From NCBI GenBank assembly GCA_004022145.1, contig RCNU01000016.1: 64,000 bases of DNA. One strand, written 5' to 3'. Shown in pieces: positions 1 through 13,600 of the stretch. The position numbers and the translations under genes were made by a program. Origin of the DNA: Paecilomyces variotii. Its lineage: Eukaryota. Position 1 is the stretch's first letter. Every line of letters begins with the position of its first letter. The notes under the pieces were generated by a model, which did no database searches, was not told where the DNA came from, and saw nothing but the letters and a program-made list of their open reading frames with translations.

Positions 1-403
1 AAGATAAAGGGTTAACTATTATAATAAAGAGTCTAACTAATATAGAAAAAGGTTTATATTAAAGAGATTTAATAATAAAGAGTTTATATAAGTAAGAAAA
101 TAATAGAGTATATATTATATTAAAATAAATTACTAGCTTTTAATAAAATAGTAATCTAGAGCTTATTTATATTTTAAACCTTAAGTATTTCTTAGCTTTA
201 TTTTATATAAATTCTAAAAGCAGAGAATATAGGGTTTAATTAATTACCTTAATATTATATTTAGATTTAAGGCTTTACTATAGTTCTATAAGCTTATACC
301 TTAATAAAGAGCTAGAGGTATAATAGTATTCTCTCTCTTTTTAAAGGCTTATTCTTAAGCTATTATAAAGTTATTATATTAAATATAAAGTATAGCTTTA
401 TAG

Positions 404-732
404 TATAGTAGGGAGAATTAGTATAAAGAATATAATTAGTTAAGAGATTATATGCTTTTACTTAAAGTCTTTAAAAGGTCTATAAATAAAATAAGAGAGG
501 AGGAGGAGAATACCCTTTTAGTTATTTAGAATAAAATAATTAGCTTTTCCTTTCTATTATTATTCGGTATTAGTTTAATATTAGATTATTATTAGTTTAT
601 TATATCAGTTTATAGCTAGAACTTCTTCTCTAGCTCTACTCTAAGCTCTAAAGTTAAATACCCTTCTCTTTCTTCTTAATACCTACTTGTTTAAAGACTC
701 TATACTAAGTCTTAATATATCTTCTTATAACA
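404..732 (+). repeat. 5' LTR of A1
   Basis: TATAGTAGGGAG...CTTATAACA (RIP form of TG...CA), matches 10316-10644. Confidence 0.95.
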
Positions 733-735
733 AAT

Positions 736-753
736 TAGAGCTAAATATAGGGG
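736..753 (+). promoter_or_regulatory. Primer binding site of family A
   Basis: 3 nt after the LTR. Combining copies (24435 TAGAGCTAAACGCGGGGG, 49407 TAGAGCCGAATATAAGGG) reconstructs TGGAGCCGAACGCGGGG, complementary to a tRNA 3' CCA end. Confidence 0.75.
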
Positions 754-1276
754 GTATTAAAATATTAAATAAAAATAAGGGAGAAAGAAAAATTAGAAGC
801 TAAGGTTAAGGCTAAAGCTAAAAAAAGGGGTAAAAAATAATAGAAAGATAAGTAAAATAGCTAAAAAAGATTACTATTATAAATAAAAAAAGATAAATAT
901 ATTTCTTAGATTAGTAGAGATAGCAAATATAATATAGGGCAAAAATATATATTAATAATAAGAGAAAGAAAGGACTGCTAAATATAAGGAAGAGCTTAAT
1001 AAATATAAAAGAGAAGTAGAAATTTAGAAGAAATAAGAAATTATTAAGCAAGAACTATTTATTAAAAAATAGAAGAATTTCTTACTATTATCTTTATTAT
1101 TATTCCTTTAAAAAAATATAGAGAAAAGTATTAATCTTTTTAGTATTAGTTAAGATAGAAGGACTTTTAACTCTTTAATATTATTAGGTCTAGAGGTATA
1201 AACAGCTTAGGCATTTAAAAATATAGGATTATTAATAGCGCAGCTAATCTAGGTTATATTAGCTTTATAGATACTA

Positions 1277-3493
1277 ATGCCTAAAAATCCTAGGGTATTA
1301 TATTTTAAAGAGAATAATATTACTTATTATCTAAGACTTTTTAAGAGGCTATATAAGGCAAATTAACTCTTAGAAAAAGAAAAAACTAAATGGTTTATAG
1401 ATTATTATAGCCTATTAATATTATTATAAATAAGTACTTAATCTAAATATAAAGAAAAGAATTATCTAAAATTAGTAAAAATAATTAAATAAGAGTATAT
1501 TTATTATAATAAGTACTAAAGAAAATATAATATCTAATAGCTAAAAAGGTTTAAAAATATAAAATATAATAGCTCTAAGAACTTAAAAGAGTATAATTAA
1601 GAATATTAAGCTATATTAAAAGCGCTAGTAACTTTAAATAAGTTAAGTCAATATTTATAGAAAGTTTAATATCTTTAAAGATTTTTAAAAAAGCTTAAAT
1701 AATAAATAGTTTAAGAGTTAAATATAGACTACTATACTTTATTTACTATTAAATATATTAATTTCTATAAGGAGATAATAGATAGAGTAAGAATAACTAA
1801 AACCCTTTACTACCTTAATAGCAATAAACTAGAGAAAGATTAAGATATAATAGCTTTAATAAAGGAGAAGGTAATTAAAGAAGATAATATATAACTTCTT
1901 ATTAAATTTAATAGAATTTACCTAAATAAGAATAAGAGTAGGACTAAATAATAAAGTATTAAAGTAAAGTTAATAAAATAATTATAGATTAATTAGTTAA
2001 TAAAAGAGTTTAAGAAGTTAAAATTATATAATATATAGTATATAGGGAGGCTTAATAGTAGTATATCTAATACTAATATAAATATATAAGCTAGGGCGCC
2101 TTTAAGATTTAACCTAATTAGAGGATTTAGAATATTTCTAAACTTATATAACTTTTACTAGGCTTTTAATTATATTTAATCTTATTACTTAGATTTAAAA
2201 AGTCTTCTAAATTAAAAGCTTATCTATTAAGAAGAAGATTATAAACTTTACTTTAAGCTAAAAGAATAGAATAGAGAAGTTATTTATCTTATATAGGGGA
2301 ATATATTATAAAAAAAAATTATTAAATAGAGACTAAAGGAAGAGTAAAAGAATATTAGCTTAATTAGGTATAATATCTAGTTAATTATACTAGGACAGCC
2401 TAGGGATAACTTAAGCTCTAAGGAAAAAGCCGGGGATATTATAGAAAATTATTACTTTATTAATATAATAGGATTAAATAAGCCTTAAGGAGTAAAGAAA
2501 AGGTAAAGCAGGATTAAATAATTATATAAAAAAAAGCTATAGAAAGTAATTAAATAAAAATAGAGATTTCCTTTAATTAAGATAAACTAATTTAGCAATT
2601 ATTAGCCTTTAAGTATAACTAAGAAAATAAAGATAATTAAAGAGAAAATAAAAAATATACCTAAATAAAGTAAGAATAAAAAGGTTATTAAGATAAAAGA
2701 GAAGCAGAAGTTAAAAAGGTTTAAAATTATAGATAAGCTAAAAGGGACTACTAATATAATAGGGGTTATAAACTAAATACTAGATACTAGAGTTTAAATA
2801 TTAATTTAGGACCTTATCGGTCTATCTCCTAATTTATACAAGGCTTTATTTACCTTATAACTATAGTAAGTAATAATAAAGGCGATATTCTATAATACTA
2901 AAGGAGTATAGTTTAATGCCTCTATATTAAATATAAAGTATATAGTAAATAGTGCGGATTAGTATACTTATATATCTTTATAACTTAAGCCTCTTAATAA
3001 AAATAAGGTATTATATGCGGCTATAACTCTAAAATTACTAATTAAAATTAATAGTTATAAGAAAGCGCGAAATATTATAGTAAATAGTAGAGCTAAAATT
3101 AATATAATATATAGAGATATAATAAATTACTATAAACTTATTATAAGCTAGAAATTTAGAGGTAATATAATATTAGCAGATAGCAGGTAGACCCCTTTTA
3201 TAGGTTTTTATAAAGAGATACTTATATAGATAAGATCTTTTTATTATAAGATCTCTTTTTTTATAGTAAATAATAAGATTAACTATAATTATATTTTAAG
3301 ACAGCCTTTTAAGTATTAAATATATTTATAATATATTGCTTTATTAAATAGGATAATAAAGAGTATAATTTACTCTATAGACTAAAAGAATTAAGCTATT
3401 ATTTAGGTATTTTTAATAGATAATCTAAGAAATAAGTTAAGAGAAAAGGTATTATACGATTTATTATTCTAAGTATAAGAATTATTAAACTAG
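1277..3493 (+). pseudogene. gag: gag-protease ORF of A1 (RIP-inactivated)
   Basis: De-RIP reading MPGNPRALHFEGDNVTHYL... Aspartic protease motif IVDSGAEIN at about 3077-3103 is in the same frame. True start may be slightly upstream. Confidence 0.75.
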
Positions 3494-6400
3494 AGCTAGA
3501 AAAGAATAATAGATATTAAACTAAGAATAGAAAAGGCCTATAGAAGTTATACTTAGTAAATAATATTAGCTTTAGAGTAAGTAAGGAAATTAAAAATAAA
3601 GGAGTAAGGATATTTAAACCTACTAAATTAAATAAAGGAGTTAGAAAGTTATAGAGATATAAACTGTCTAAAAGATATAACCTTTTTATTATAAAAATAA
3701 AATATTTTATTAATATATAGTATAAGAAGAAATATAAAAAGGTTTATCTAGTAAATATATTAAATAGACCTATAGCGGCTCTAGGGGGGTTATTAGAATA
3801 GAAAAAAATTATTAGGGAGTATTATTACAAAAACTTCTAAAGAAGTATAAAAGAAATATATAGAGAATTTATTAAATATATCTAGCTAAAAATATTAAAT
3901 ATTAAGAAAGGAATAAGATTAATACTAAACTGTCTGAAGAATCTTATTATAGGTAATAATTTATAGCTAAGAGAGAAAGAACTATTAATAGAGGTGTTTT
4001 TTACTTAAAAAGCAGTTTTTGCCTAAATTTTTAAAGAGATTAAATAAATATGCCTAGAAGTTGCACCTCTAATTATTATTTAAACTATAGATTATAAACT
4101 ATAATAAATAAAGAGCTTTTTAATACTAAAGGCATTCTATAGCATAATATAAGAAATAGTAAAAGAGAGAATAAATGCGGGGATTTTTAAATATAGTTAA
4201 GAATCTTATTAAAATCTATAGTTTCTAATAAAAAAGAAAAATAATAAATATTAGCTAATTAATATAGCTATAGAAGTAAATTAAGTAATAATATAAGATA
4301 TTAATCTGCCCCCTTTAGCTAATAAGTTCTTAGAAGAGTTTAGTAGAATGCTAGTATTAATATTTATAGACTTATTCTCTAGATATAATTAGTTAAAGTT
4401 AGCTGAGAAATTGCGGGACTTAATAGCTTTTTATATATTAGAGATTAGTTTAGTTTATTAAGCTAAACTATCTTAAGAATAGATAAATATAGTATAGGAG
4501 TTTATATAAGAAGTTATATAAGTATTAGCAGATAATATTCTTAATATTTATAATATATTTCTAAATAATATATTAATATAAGGACCTAAGACTAATTATA
4601 AGAGAGAAGAGATACTGCTAGGAATTAGAAGGTTTATATTTAAATATATCTAGAATATTAATAAGGTATTATATAGTCTTAAACTTATAGGTTTAATAAT
4701 TATTAGGGAGAAATTATAATTTACAGTATTAGGAATTAAAATAGTAAGCTATATGTATAATATTAAGGGGAGATATTTTAAGTCAGCTAAGGTAATTAAG
4801 ATTTTAAAGTAGCTATTTTATTAAAACTTATAAGAAGCGAGAAAATTTCTAGGGGTTATAGCCTATTACTAAATATAGATTAAAGAATATACTATTAAAG
4901 CCGAGCCGATATACTTAATATTAAGAAAGAGATAAGACTTCCTTTAAGGGCTAAAATAATAAGAAATAATAAATACTTTAAAAGTGGCCCTAATAATAGT
5001 ACTAGTACTTAAGCTAATTAACTATAGAAAGGGAGGCATAATTATTATTAATATTAATGCTAATAGTAGCAGATAAGGGGCTTAACTTACTTAAGAAGAA
5101 AAGGAGTTTAATAAGAAATACCTAGCTAAATATAAAAGTAAAGTATAGATATAGGTAAAGAGATAATATAATAAAGGAAAGCTAAAGTATAAGGCAGTAT
5201 TAAAGGCGCTTTATAAATTCTAAGTATACCTATATAGTATATATTTTTAACTAGAGATAGATATAAAAATTCTAGTAATATAATTAAATAGAATAGTTAT
5301 AGACCTCCTTAGGTTAGTAATTACTTAATAAATTGCTTAAATTCAGTTATTTAATTTTAATATTATCTATATATTAGAAAAAAAGAACTTAGTTATAAAT
5401 AAGTTATCTTAGAAGCTAATAATAGAGTAAGACCTAGAAGAGGTAGAAGATAATAATATAAAGAAATTCTTAGACTTATAGTTTTATATAATCTATTATA
5501 TTAATATATAAGAGGTAGAATTAAACAGTATCCCTTAGTTAATACTTATATTATATTAGTTAGAAAAGTCTTTATTAATTATAGAATAGTTATAAACTAT
5601 AATAAAACTAGATAATATAGATAAAGGATAATATACTAAGTTTAAGAAAGAGGCCCTAAAGTATATAGTCTAAGATAGTATGCTTTTCTAAAGAGTATAA
5701 TAAAATTAGCCTTATTATATAATTGTTAATAATAAGGAGAAGTAAAAGGAAATTCTTATAGCCCTTTATAAAAAGCATAAATATTATAAGTATAAAGCGA
5801 CCTATTAAAAGGTAGCTAATTAATATTAATAAAAAGGCCTATATAAGTATATTATTAAATAGATAAAAATATATAATAAGTATTAAAAAGCAGATAAAGA
5901 ATATATAGAAGAAGCTTTATAGTTAATATTTATTCTACTAGGAAAATTAAAGTTATACTTAGATATTTATAAGATTATACTGCTTAGTAAGAGAAAGACT
6001 TATATTACTATACTTTAAGATAACTTTAGCTAAATTAAATATAAAGCCCTTAGTAGCTTTATTTTAGGAGCTATTACTAAGTTTCTATAAGAAGACTAGA
6101 TTTATTATTAGAGAGTAATAAAGACTTTTATTAATAATAGAGAACCGGAGAATAAAGCTATAATTAATATATTAATATAGAAGTATAAGATTAATTATAT
6201 TAAAGTCTTACTATATAACCTATAAGTAAATAGAGCAGTTAAAGTTATATATAAGTCCTTTATATATAATATCAGAAAATTTATAAAAAGAATAAAGATA
6301 AATTAAATAAACTACTTACCGGCAGTAATCTGGGCGAATAAAAATATAATTAAGACCTTTATAAGCTTAATATTATTTAGAGTAATTATAGGATATAATA

Positions 6401-6948
6401 CTATATTGCTAATTAAACTAAAAGTACCTATCTAGAAAACTTTAGCATAGGATAAAGTTAAGACTATAGAAAATCTTCTATTCTTTTATATATAATAGAT
6501 AGAGCTCTAAGATTAAGATATAAAAGAGGCTCGACTTTACATCTAATATATAAGGGAAGCTAGTAAAGAAATCTTTAATAATAAGAAATAGCTCTGTAAA
6601 GAATAATTAATAGAAAAATAGCTTATTTTACTTTATAATATAAAGCTTAAGATATCTTACTCTGCAAAACTAGTATACTACTAGCTTAGACTATATAGAA
6701 TTAAAAAAGTTCTTAGGAAAGGATTTTATAAGCTTAAGGAGTTAGATAATATATCTTTTAAGGACCTAATTTATAGGAATTACTTAAAAGGCTACTATTT
6801 ATAAAAGGACTAAAATAAAATATTAACTATAAGAGATAATATAATATCTAAGTAAGAAAATTAGCAACTAAATAATAATAATAATAATATAGACTAGATA
6901 CTATCTAGATTAAAATATATAATTATAGTTCTAATACCCTCCTTCTAA
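3490..6948 (+). pseudogene. pol: pol (RT-RNase H-integrase) of A1 (RIP-inactivated)
   Basis: De-RIP motifs NPWFLVKKK, LINAA, DLFSGYDQ, FLDD at 4558-4569 (GAT retained in copy 3 at 53234), TDAS, then integrase core, ending DWIPP...PSF*. Confidence 0.9.
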
Positions 6949-7433
6949 AAATATTAGCTTAAAAGAAGAGAAGTAGAAAGCTAGCAGTAAAATAAGATAA
7001 AGAACTAGTTTAAAAGGAGAAGAAATAAAAAAATAATAGTAAAATAAGTACCAGTACTATAATAAGAAGAAAAGGAAAATAAATTTAAGATAAGGGCGTC
7101 TTTTTTAGGGAAGGGGAAAGATTTAAAAATGCCTAATAATGATTAAGAAAGAAAAAAAAGAGAGATAACTAAAAAATATGTGATATTAGCTTAAATATCT
7201 TAAAAAAGTCTATAAATAAAGCTAAAAATAGAAAATATTAGATAAAGAATATAAGCAATAAATAAAGAATCCTTATCTTATTATAAAAACCTTATTTTTT
7301 ATATTATATAATATTACAGCAGAAGTAACTAGAGACTAAATTAAGCTAAACTTAACCCTATCTTACCTTTTAAGTATATCTTTTTACTTAAAAACTATTT
7401 CGAAGAGTTACTTTATAAAGATATATATTGAAA

Positions 7434-10258
7434 ATAGAAGAAAATATATTAGAAATATAAAATATTATTTATTAGAATAAAGCTCTTTAACTTAGAATAT
7501 ATATATATACTATAATTAGCGAAATTTATAAGCTTATAAAGGAAATAATAAATAAGGCTAATAATAAAGAAGAGAAGGTTTAGTTTATAAGTAATATAGC
7601 AGTAATTATTTTAAATTTTTAAAGTAAATATAATAAAGCAGCTAGTAATTTTTATAATTTCTTAAACTAATAAGAGCTGTTAGAAAAAGTAAGAAAGAAA
7701 AAAATATTAGCTATTAATAAGCTAAAAGAATTAAAAATATAAGTAAAAAAGAACTATAAATATACTAATAAAGGTTATTATAAAGCTATAGAGAAATAAG
7801 GCTAGAAGATTATAGATTAAGTCTTATTAATTATTAGAAAGTTATATTAGACCTTAATAGCTATAGGAGAATTAGCTTTTAATACTAAAGATTAGAGAAT
7901 AGCGGCTATATATTTAGCAAAAGTATAGGTTAATAAACTTTATAATATTAAGAGATAAGGAATACTAACTAAAAAGAGCCTTTAACTAATTAATATTAGA
8001 AAGATAAAAGATATCTTAAGAAAAGCCCTTAGTAGAGAAGGACTAATTTTTTAAAAACTTATTAATAAAGAGCTATAAGAGATTAAAATAAGAGTAAGAA
8101 AAAATAATCTTTTAGAGAAGATTATAAAAGAAGAAGAAGGATATTAGATAAAAGATTTAGATAAAAGCTTATTAGTAGATCTAATATTAGATAAAGGAGA
8201 GGAAAGTATAAAAAAGAAGAAAAAAGAGAAGAAGAGGATTAAAAGTCCTAAAAAGCTAAAAGGGGAAAAAAAGCTTAAGACTTAAGATAAGGGGAAATAG
8301 CTAAAAAAGAATATAAATATAAGGTTAGCATATCTATATTAATAAAAAAGGCTATTACTAATTTAAAAGGCAAAGAAATATTAAAACTTTTAAGAGAAGA
8401 AAGAATTAAACCCGCTATTATATACTAAGTTTATATTAAAAAAATATAAAGTATAATAGGACTAAGGAGTATAAAAAATAATATTCTTAAAAAAAGATTA
8501 AAAATGCTTATAGATAATAATAATAACTTTAAATCTTAGAATATTAATATAGACTACTAGAAATAGTTTTAATAGGAATAGAGACTTAATACTAACCTTA
8601 AGGATTATTACTGCCTAGATAAGGGGGAAACTAAAATATAGTCTTAGCTAAATAGACTAAATATAAGCACTAAAGAGGTTAGAGAAGTCTTATAGTAGGT
8701 TAATTCTAAGAAGATTAACTTAATCTATAAGCCTTATATATAATTATTGGCTAATATAATTAATATAAGGGAGAATATATCTATAAAAGAAGCTAGAAGA
8801 GTATTAAAAGTAGTTAGAAATATAAAGCTAGTAGTAATAAAGCAGTAGAAGAAGGGATTATTTAAAATAATAACCTATTCTTATAAAAGTTTGCTTAAAG
8901 AAACTAAATAGTTTATAAATAAAATCTCTAAAGATAAATAGGCAATAGAATCTCTTAGCAGAGCCTTAAGAATTAATATAAAGACCTCCTTTTTTATAGT
9001 AAACCTAGAAGACCCTTTTATTAAAAAAAAAACTGGGCATTTAAAAGATATATAAAATGCTAGAACTATATAGTTTAAAGATAATATAGAGGCTAAGTAG
9101 ATACTAGATATACCTAATAATAGCTAGGTTAAAGGAAGAATAAAGAGTCTTATTCTAAGAAGTCCTAAAAGTATAAAAGATAAAAATAATATAGAAGTTA
9201 AAAAATTATTATCTAAAGATCTTCTCCCTAAGAAATCTTTAGTATTAGAGATAGTTTAACTGTTTAAAGATCTTAGGTTAATTAATACAGATACTTCTAG
9301 TAATATATCTAGTAGCTTATACTATAAAGCCTAAGATAACCTATATAGAGCTAAAGAGTATCCTAAATCTAAATATAGGGATAAAAAATATTTTAACTTA
9401 AGTAAAGAAGACTTTACCCTAAATAAGATATAAGACTAATATATTTAGTTAAGTATTATAATAAGAAAGGATTTTAACTGTTAAGAAGTAAATAGAGTTT
9501 TCTAGATTATACCCTTTAAAGGGAAATTAGTAAAAAAAATACTATAATATACTATTATAGAAGCAAAAACAGCTCTTTATTATAAAAAGGAGAATAAAGG
9601 ATTAATAGGGCTTAAAAACTTATCTAGAAGTATTCTCTAAAAGGTTATTATATAAGATATCTAGATTTATTTAATCTAGTTAGCGCTATATAGTTATAGT
9701 AAATATAGACTGCAGATCTAATATCTTAGGGGATATAAGCTAAGAGTATTAAATATAGAGACTGCTATTCTTAAGGGAGAAATAGGCTAGAGCTTTATAA
9801 CCCTAAGGACTAGACTAATTACTAAAAATAAGTTTAAGGAAATTATAGGCCTAAGAGATATTATATTTAAGTAGAGAGAAGTAATCTTTATTAGTAATTT
9901 ATATTAGCTAATATTAGAGAATTAGGGAATAGATTTTAATAGTATCTGCTGTTTTAATTATAGGGAGTAAGATAAGATAAGATCTAATTAAGGAGGATTT
10001 AGGCCTTTTAATATCTAGGTAAATAGAGTTATAGTTATAGGCAGAGCGATACTTAGTTAGCTGAACTAGAATTGCTTAGAAGTTAAAACAGAGCTATACT
10101 TTATATTAAAGTAAGATATATTATTAGTTTAAGATTATCTATAGAGGAAAGAAACTTAACTTTATAAGTTAGGGGTTTTAAAATATATATAATATTAAAA
10201 ATTAAAGTATTCTTGCTTTAGGAATAATTTATAGTATTAGAAGGAGGAGATAGTATAG
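7434..10258 (+). pseudogene. Extra ORF3 of A1, about 940 codons, with a C-terminal degenerate dioxygenase-like domain
   Basis: One reading frame in copy 3 (56104-58929, 942 codons); internal stops read as TAA/TAG. Copy 1 has a 1 nt deletion near 8305. Start codon is inferred. Confidence 0.7.
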
Positions 10259-10315
10259 ACTATAATAACTAAAGAAGATAAATAAGGGTATCTACTCTTA
10301 GAGAAAGGGAGGCTA

Positions 10316-10644
10316 TATAATAGAGAGAATTAATATAAAGAATATAATTAGTTAAGAGGTTATATACTTTTATTTAAAGTCTTTAAAAGGTTTATAAATA
10401 AAGCAGGAGAAGAGGGGAAAAATACTCTTTTAATTATTTAGAATAAAATAATTAGCTTTTTTTTTCTATTATTATTCAGTATCAGTTTAGTATTAGATTA
10501 TTATTGGTTTATTATATTAGTTTATAGCTAGAGCTTTTTCTCTAATTCTACTCTAAGCTCTAAAGCTAAATACTCTTCTCTTTTTTCTTAATACCTACTC
10601 GCTTAAAGACTCTATACTAAGTCTTAATATGTCTTCCTATAACA
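10316..10644 (+). repeat. 3' LTR of A1
   Basis: Preceded by polypurine tract AGAGAAAGGGAGGC, ends CCTATAACA, followed by TSD ATAG. Confidence 0.95.
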
Positions 10645-13600
10645 ATAGAAGTTTATAGTATAATAAGTAAAGGAGCTTCTTACTATCTTTATAGTAAAAG
10701 GTTAAGAAATTATATAAGCTAAGAGTATTATTTATATAATATTATAAGGTTAAATTTTTAATCTTTAGTAATTATCTTCTTACTTTCTATTATATATAAC
10801 TCTTAGTCTTAAATATTTAAATAATAATTTAAATGCGTTTTTAAGAGTATAATAGTATTAATAGTATAATAGCTTAAATAATTTTAAAAGATTAGCTACT
10901 TTTTATTTATTTTTAAAACTTCTTACTTTAAGAATAAATTATCTTAATTAATTATATTAATATCTACTAATTTAATTAAACTATAGGTTTTAAGATCTGT
11001 TTTATATTACTCTTATATAGTAAGACTCTTTAAATAATTACTTTAATTAAGAATTTATATAATATATATTAATTTTATTAGTATTAATAGCTTAAAGAAG
11101 TTATTTCTCCCTTTAAAAAGCTATTCTCTCTTCTTATATCTCTTATAGAGGATATAGCTATTATTATTAAAATATAGCTAAATTTAGTTATTAATATAAT
11201 ATTAGATTATAATCTCTTAATTACTACTAAGATATTAAAGACTTTAATTACTATTATAATATTAAAGAGATTACTTTTTTAATTAAGTATTACTTCTTTT
11301 ATAGCTATTAATAAATTAATATTTTTATTTACTTTAAATCTTATTAAAGATTTATTAGCTAAGATAAATATTATACTAAAATTAAAATATAATTAGTTTA
11401 TACTTTTATTAAAGTAATTTTTTCTTATAGTCTTAATTACTATATAAGTAAGTCTTTTTAATTTAATAGTAGCGCTAAAAAGCTTATTAAAGAAAAAGAG
11501 AACTTATTCTATTATTAAGCTAATTACTATAATTAAGCTAAAGATAACTTTTATTTATACTATAAAAAAGTCTTAGAGATAAAATATAAAGTATAAGGAA
11601 ATTATTAATATAAGAACTTAGATTAAACTAGTTATTATTAAGACGCTAATTAAAATTATTATTATTATTATTATTACTAATATAGTAATAGAAAATAGTC
11701 TTACTATCTTTAAACTAAGTAAAGAATTTTCTCTAATTTGTTAAAAGATATACCTTTACTATTTAAAAGAGTTAATTAAGAATTTAGTACTTTAATATAC
11801 TTATACTAATATTAATATTAAGTATAATTATTATAATTATAAATATAAGCCTTATATTTTAATCTTATTAATTTATAAAAATAAGCTTATTTATTTATAG
11901 AGCTTTAATTAAAAGGCTTATTTTTTAAGTAATTATAAGTCTTTTAAAAAAGCTTATAGTAAGTATAAATTCTTTATAAAAGTATATTTATATAAAGCGC
12001 CTATTAAGGCAAATATAAATAAGCTTATATTTACTATTTTATTAACTTTATCTTTATATAAGTAGTTTATAATATAGCTTTAATAAGAGTTACTTAAATT
12101 ATTTTATTTAATAGTATTAAATCTATAGTATATATAAGAAATTATATATATTATTTATAATATTTCTTCTTTTTTTAATAAGGAGAAAAATAAATCTATA
12201 CTAATAAAGTTTTATAATAATAAAATAAATAAGTAAGAGAAATTAATCTTAAGCCTATATTTTTAGTTTTTACTAGAGATAGCCTAGTTAAAATAAATTT
12301 ATTTCTAAGTAAATTAGCTTCTTATATTCTTATTAAAACTTTTAAATCTTTATAAATAAATAAATAGAAAAAGAGTAATATAAATTTAATAATAAAATAA
12401 TTAAATAAAACTTAAAAATCTAATAAGAAAAAAGAGAAATTTTATTAGTTTTATTAACTTCTTCTTTTAAAGCTTCTTAAAGCCCTTCTTAAAAAAGTCT
12501 TATTAATAGCTTATACTATTATTATAAAATAAGGTATTAAGACTTAGTAATAAGTCTTAGAGTATAAGAAAATAAAGGAAGAAAAGAAAAGCTTTATTCT
12601 TTAAGGCTTAAAATAAAGTTAAAGAAAAAGCTTTAATAGTAAAGTAATATAATAAGTAAAAGCTGCTTTATTATTAAACTAATATTAAATAATAATTAAA
12701 AGGAAAACTGCTTATTTTATTTTATATTAACTAACTAATATCTTTTTTACTTTCTCTCTATTTTATTAAAAATATTTAAGCTATTTCTTTTAATAATAGT
12801 ATATAACTTACTAATTTAATTATATCTTTAAAACCTCCTTAATTACTATTTTTCCCTACTATATAACTTTCTCTCTTTTATATATAAATGCCCTTATTTA
12901 CTTCTCTTTAATACTGTAATTTACTTAATTTTTTTCTATTTATACTATAAGTTTCTTTTAAAGTAAGAATATTCTAATATTTTATATACTTTATATTTAG
13001 TAATTATTAAGCTTATAAGCTATTATTATTAATTCTATAAGAAAAGCTTAATAGATTATTTATCTTAAATAAGAATAAAATATAACTTTACTTATACCTC
13101 TATAAAGTCTTATAAAGCTTACTTAAAAAGAGCCTTTTTAATAATAGTTATTTTATAGATAAGAAGATTAAATAGGCCTTTTTTTCTCTAGTCTTTATAT
13201 ATTCTGCTAATTTCTTTATAATTAAAGAAGTAAATAGTAATTATATTAAAGCTTCTCTTCTTTAATATTATTATTCTCTAGTTATTAAATATTAATATTT
13301 ATCTATACTTTAAAGTATAATATTTTAATATTATATAAAGGGAATATCGGGTAAAGCTTAGCGTAGCTAAGCTTTTCCCTAAACTTCCCTTAAAGTAATT
13401 CTTTAATCTATAGAATTACTTTAATAAAGTAAAATTACGCATATAAGAAAACCTATATAGATAGTTATATTCTCTTAGTTTAAAGAAATATATAATCTTT
13501 TATAAATAAAATTATATTTAGTAATATATTATACTAAGGCTTATTTTAAAGTAAGCTAATAATAAGTAAAAACCTATAAAGCTATATTTTACTATATTAA

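Larger units (their letters stand above)
404..10644 (+). mobile_element. Ty3/Gypsy LTR retrotransposon family A, copy 1 (full length, RIP-inactivated, probably Ylt1-like clade)
   Basis: 329 bp LTRs at both ends, 4 bp TSD ATAG (400-403 and 10645-10648), PBS and PPT, domain order PR-RT-RH-IN, colinear with copies 2 and 3. The clade is inferred from size, 4 bp TSD, FLDD-type RT and lack of a chromodomain. Confidence 0.95.

Noticed and set aside
7434-10258. env gene for ORF3 of A, C or D
   Set aside because: The position is env-like, but I saw no signal peptide, fusion peptide or transmembrane anchor in the reconstructed readings.
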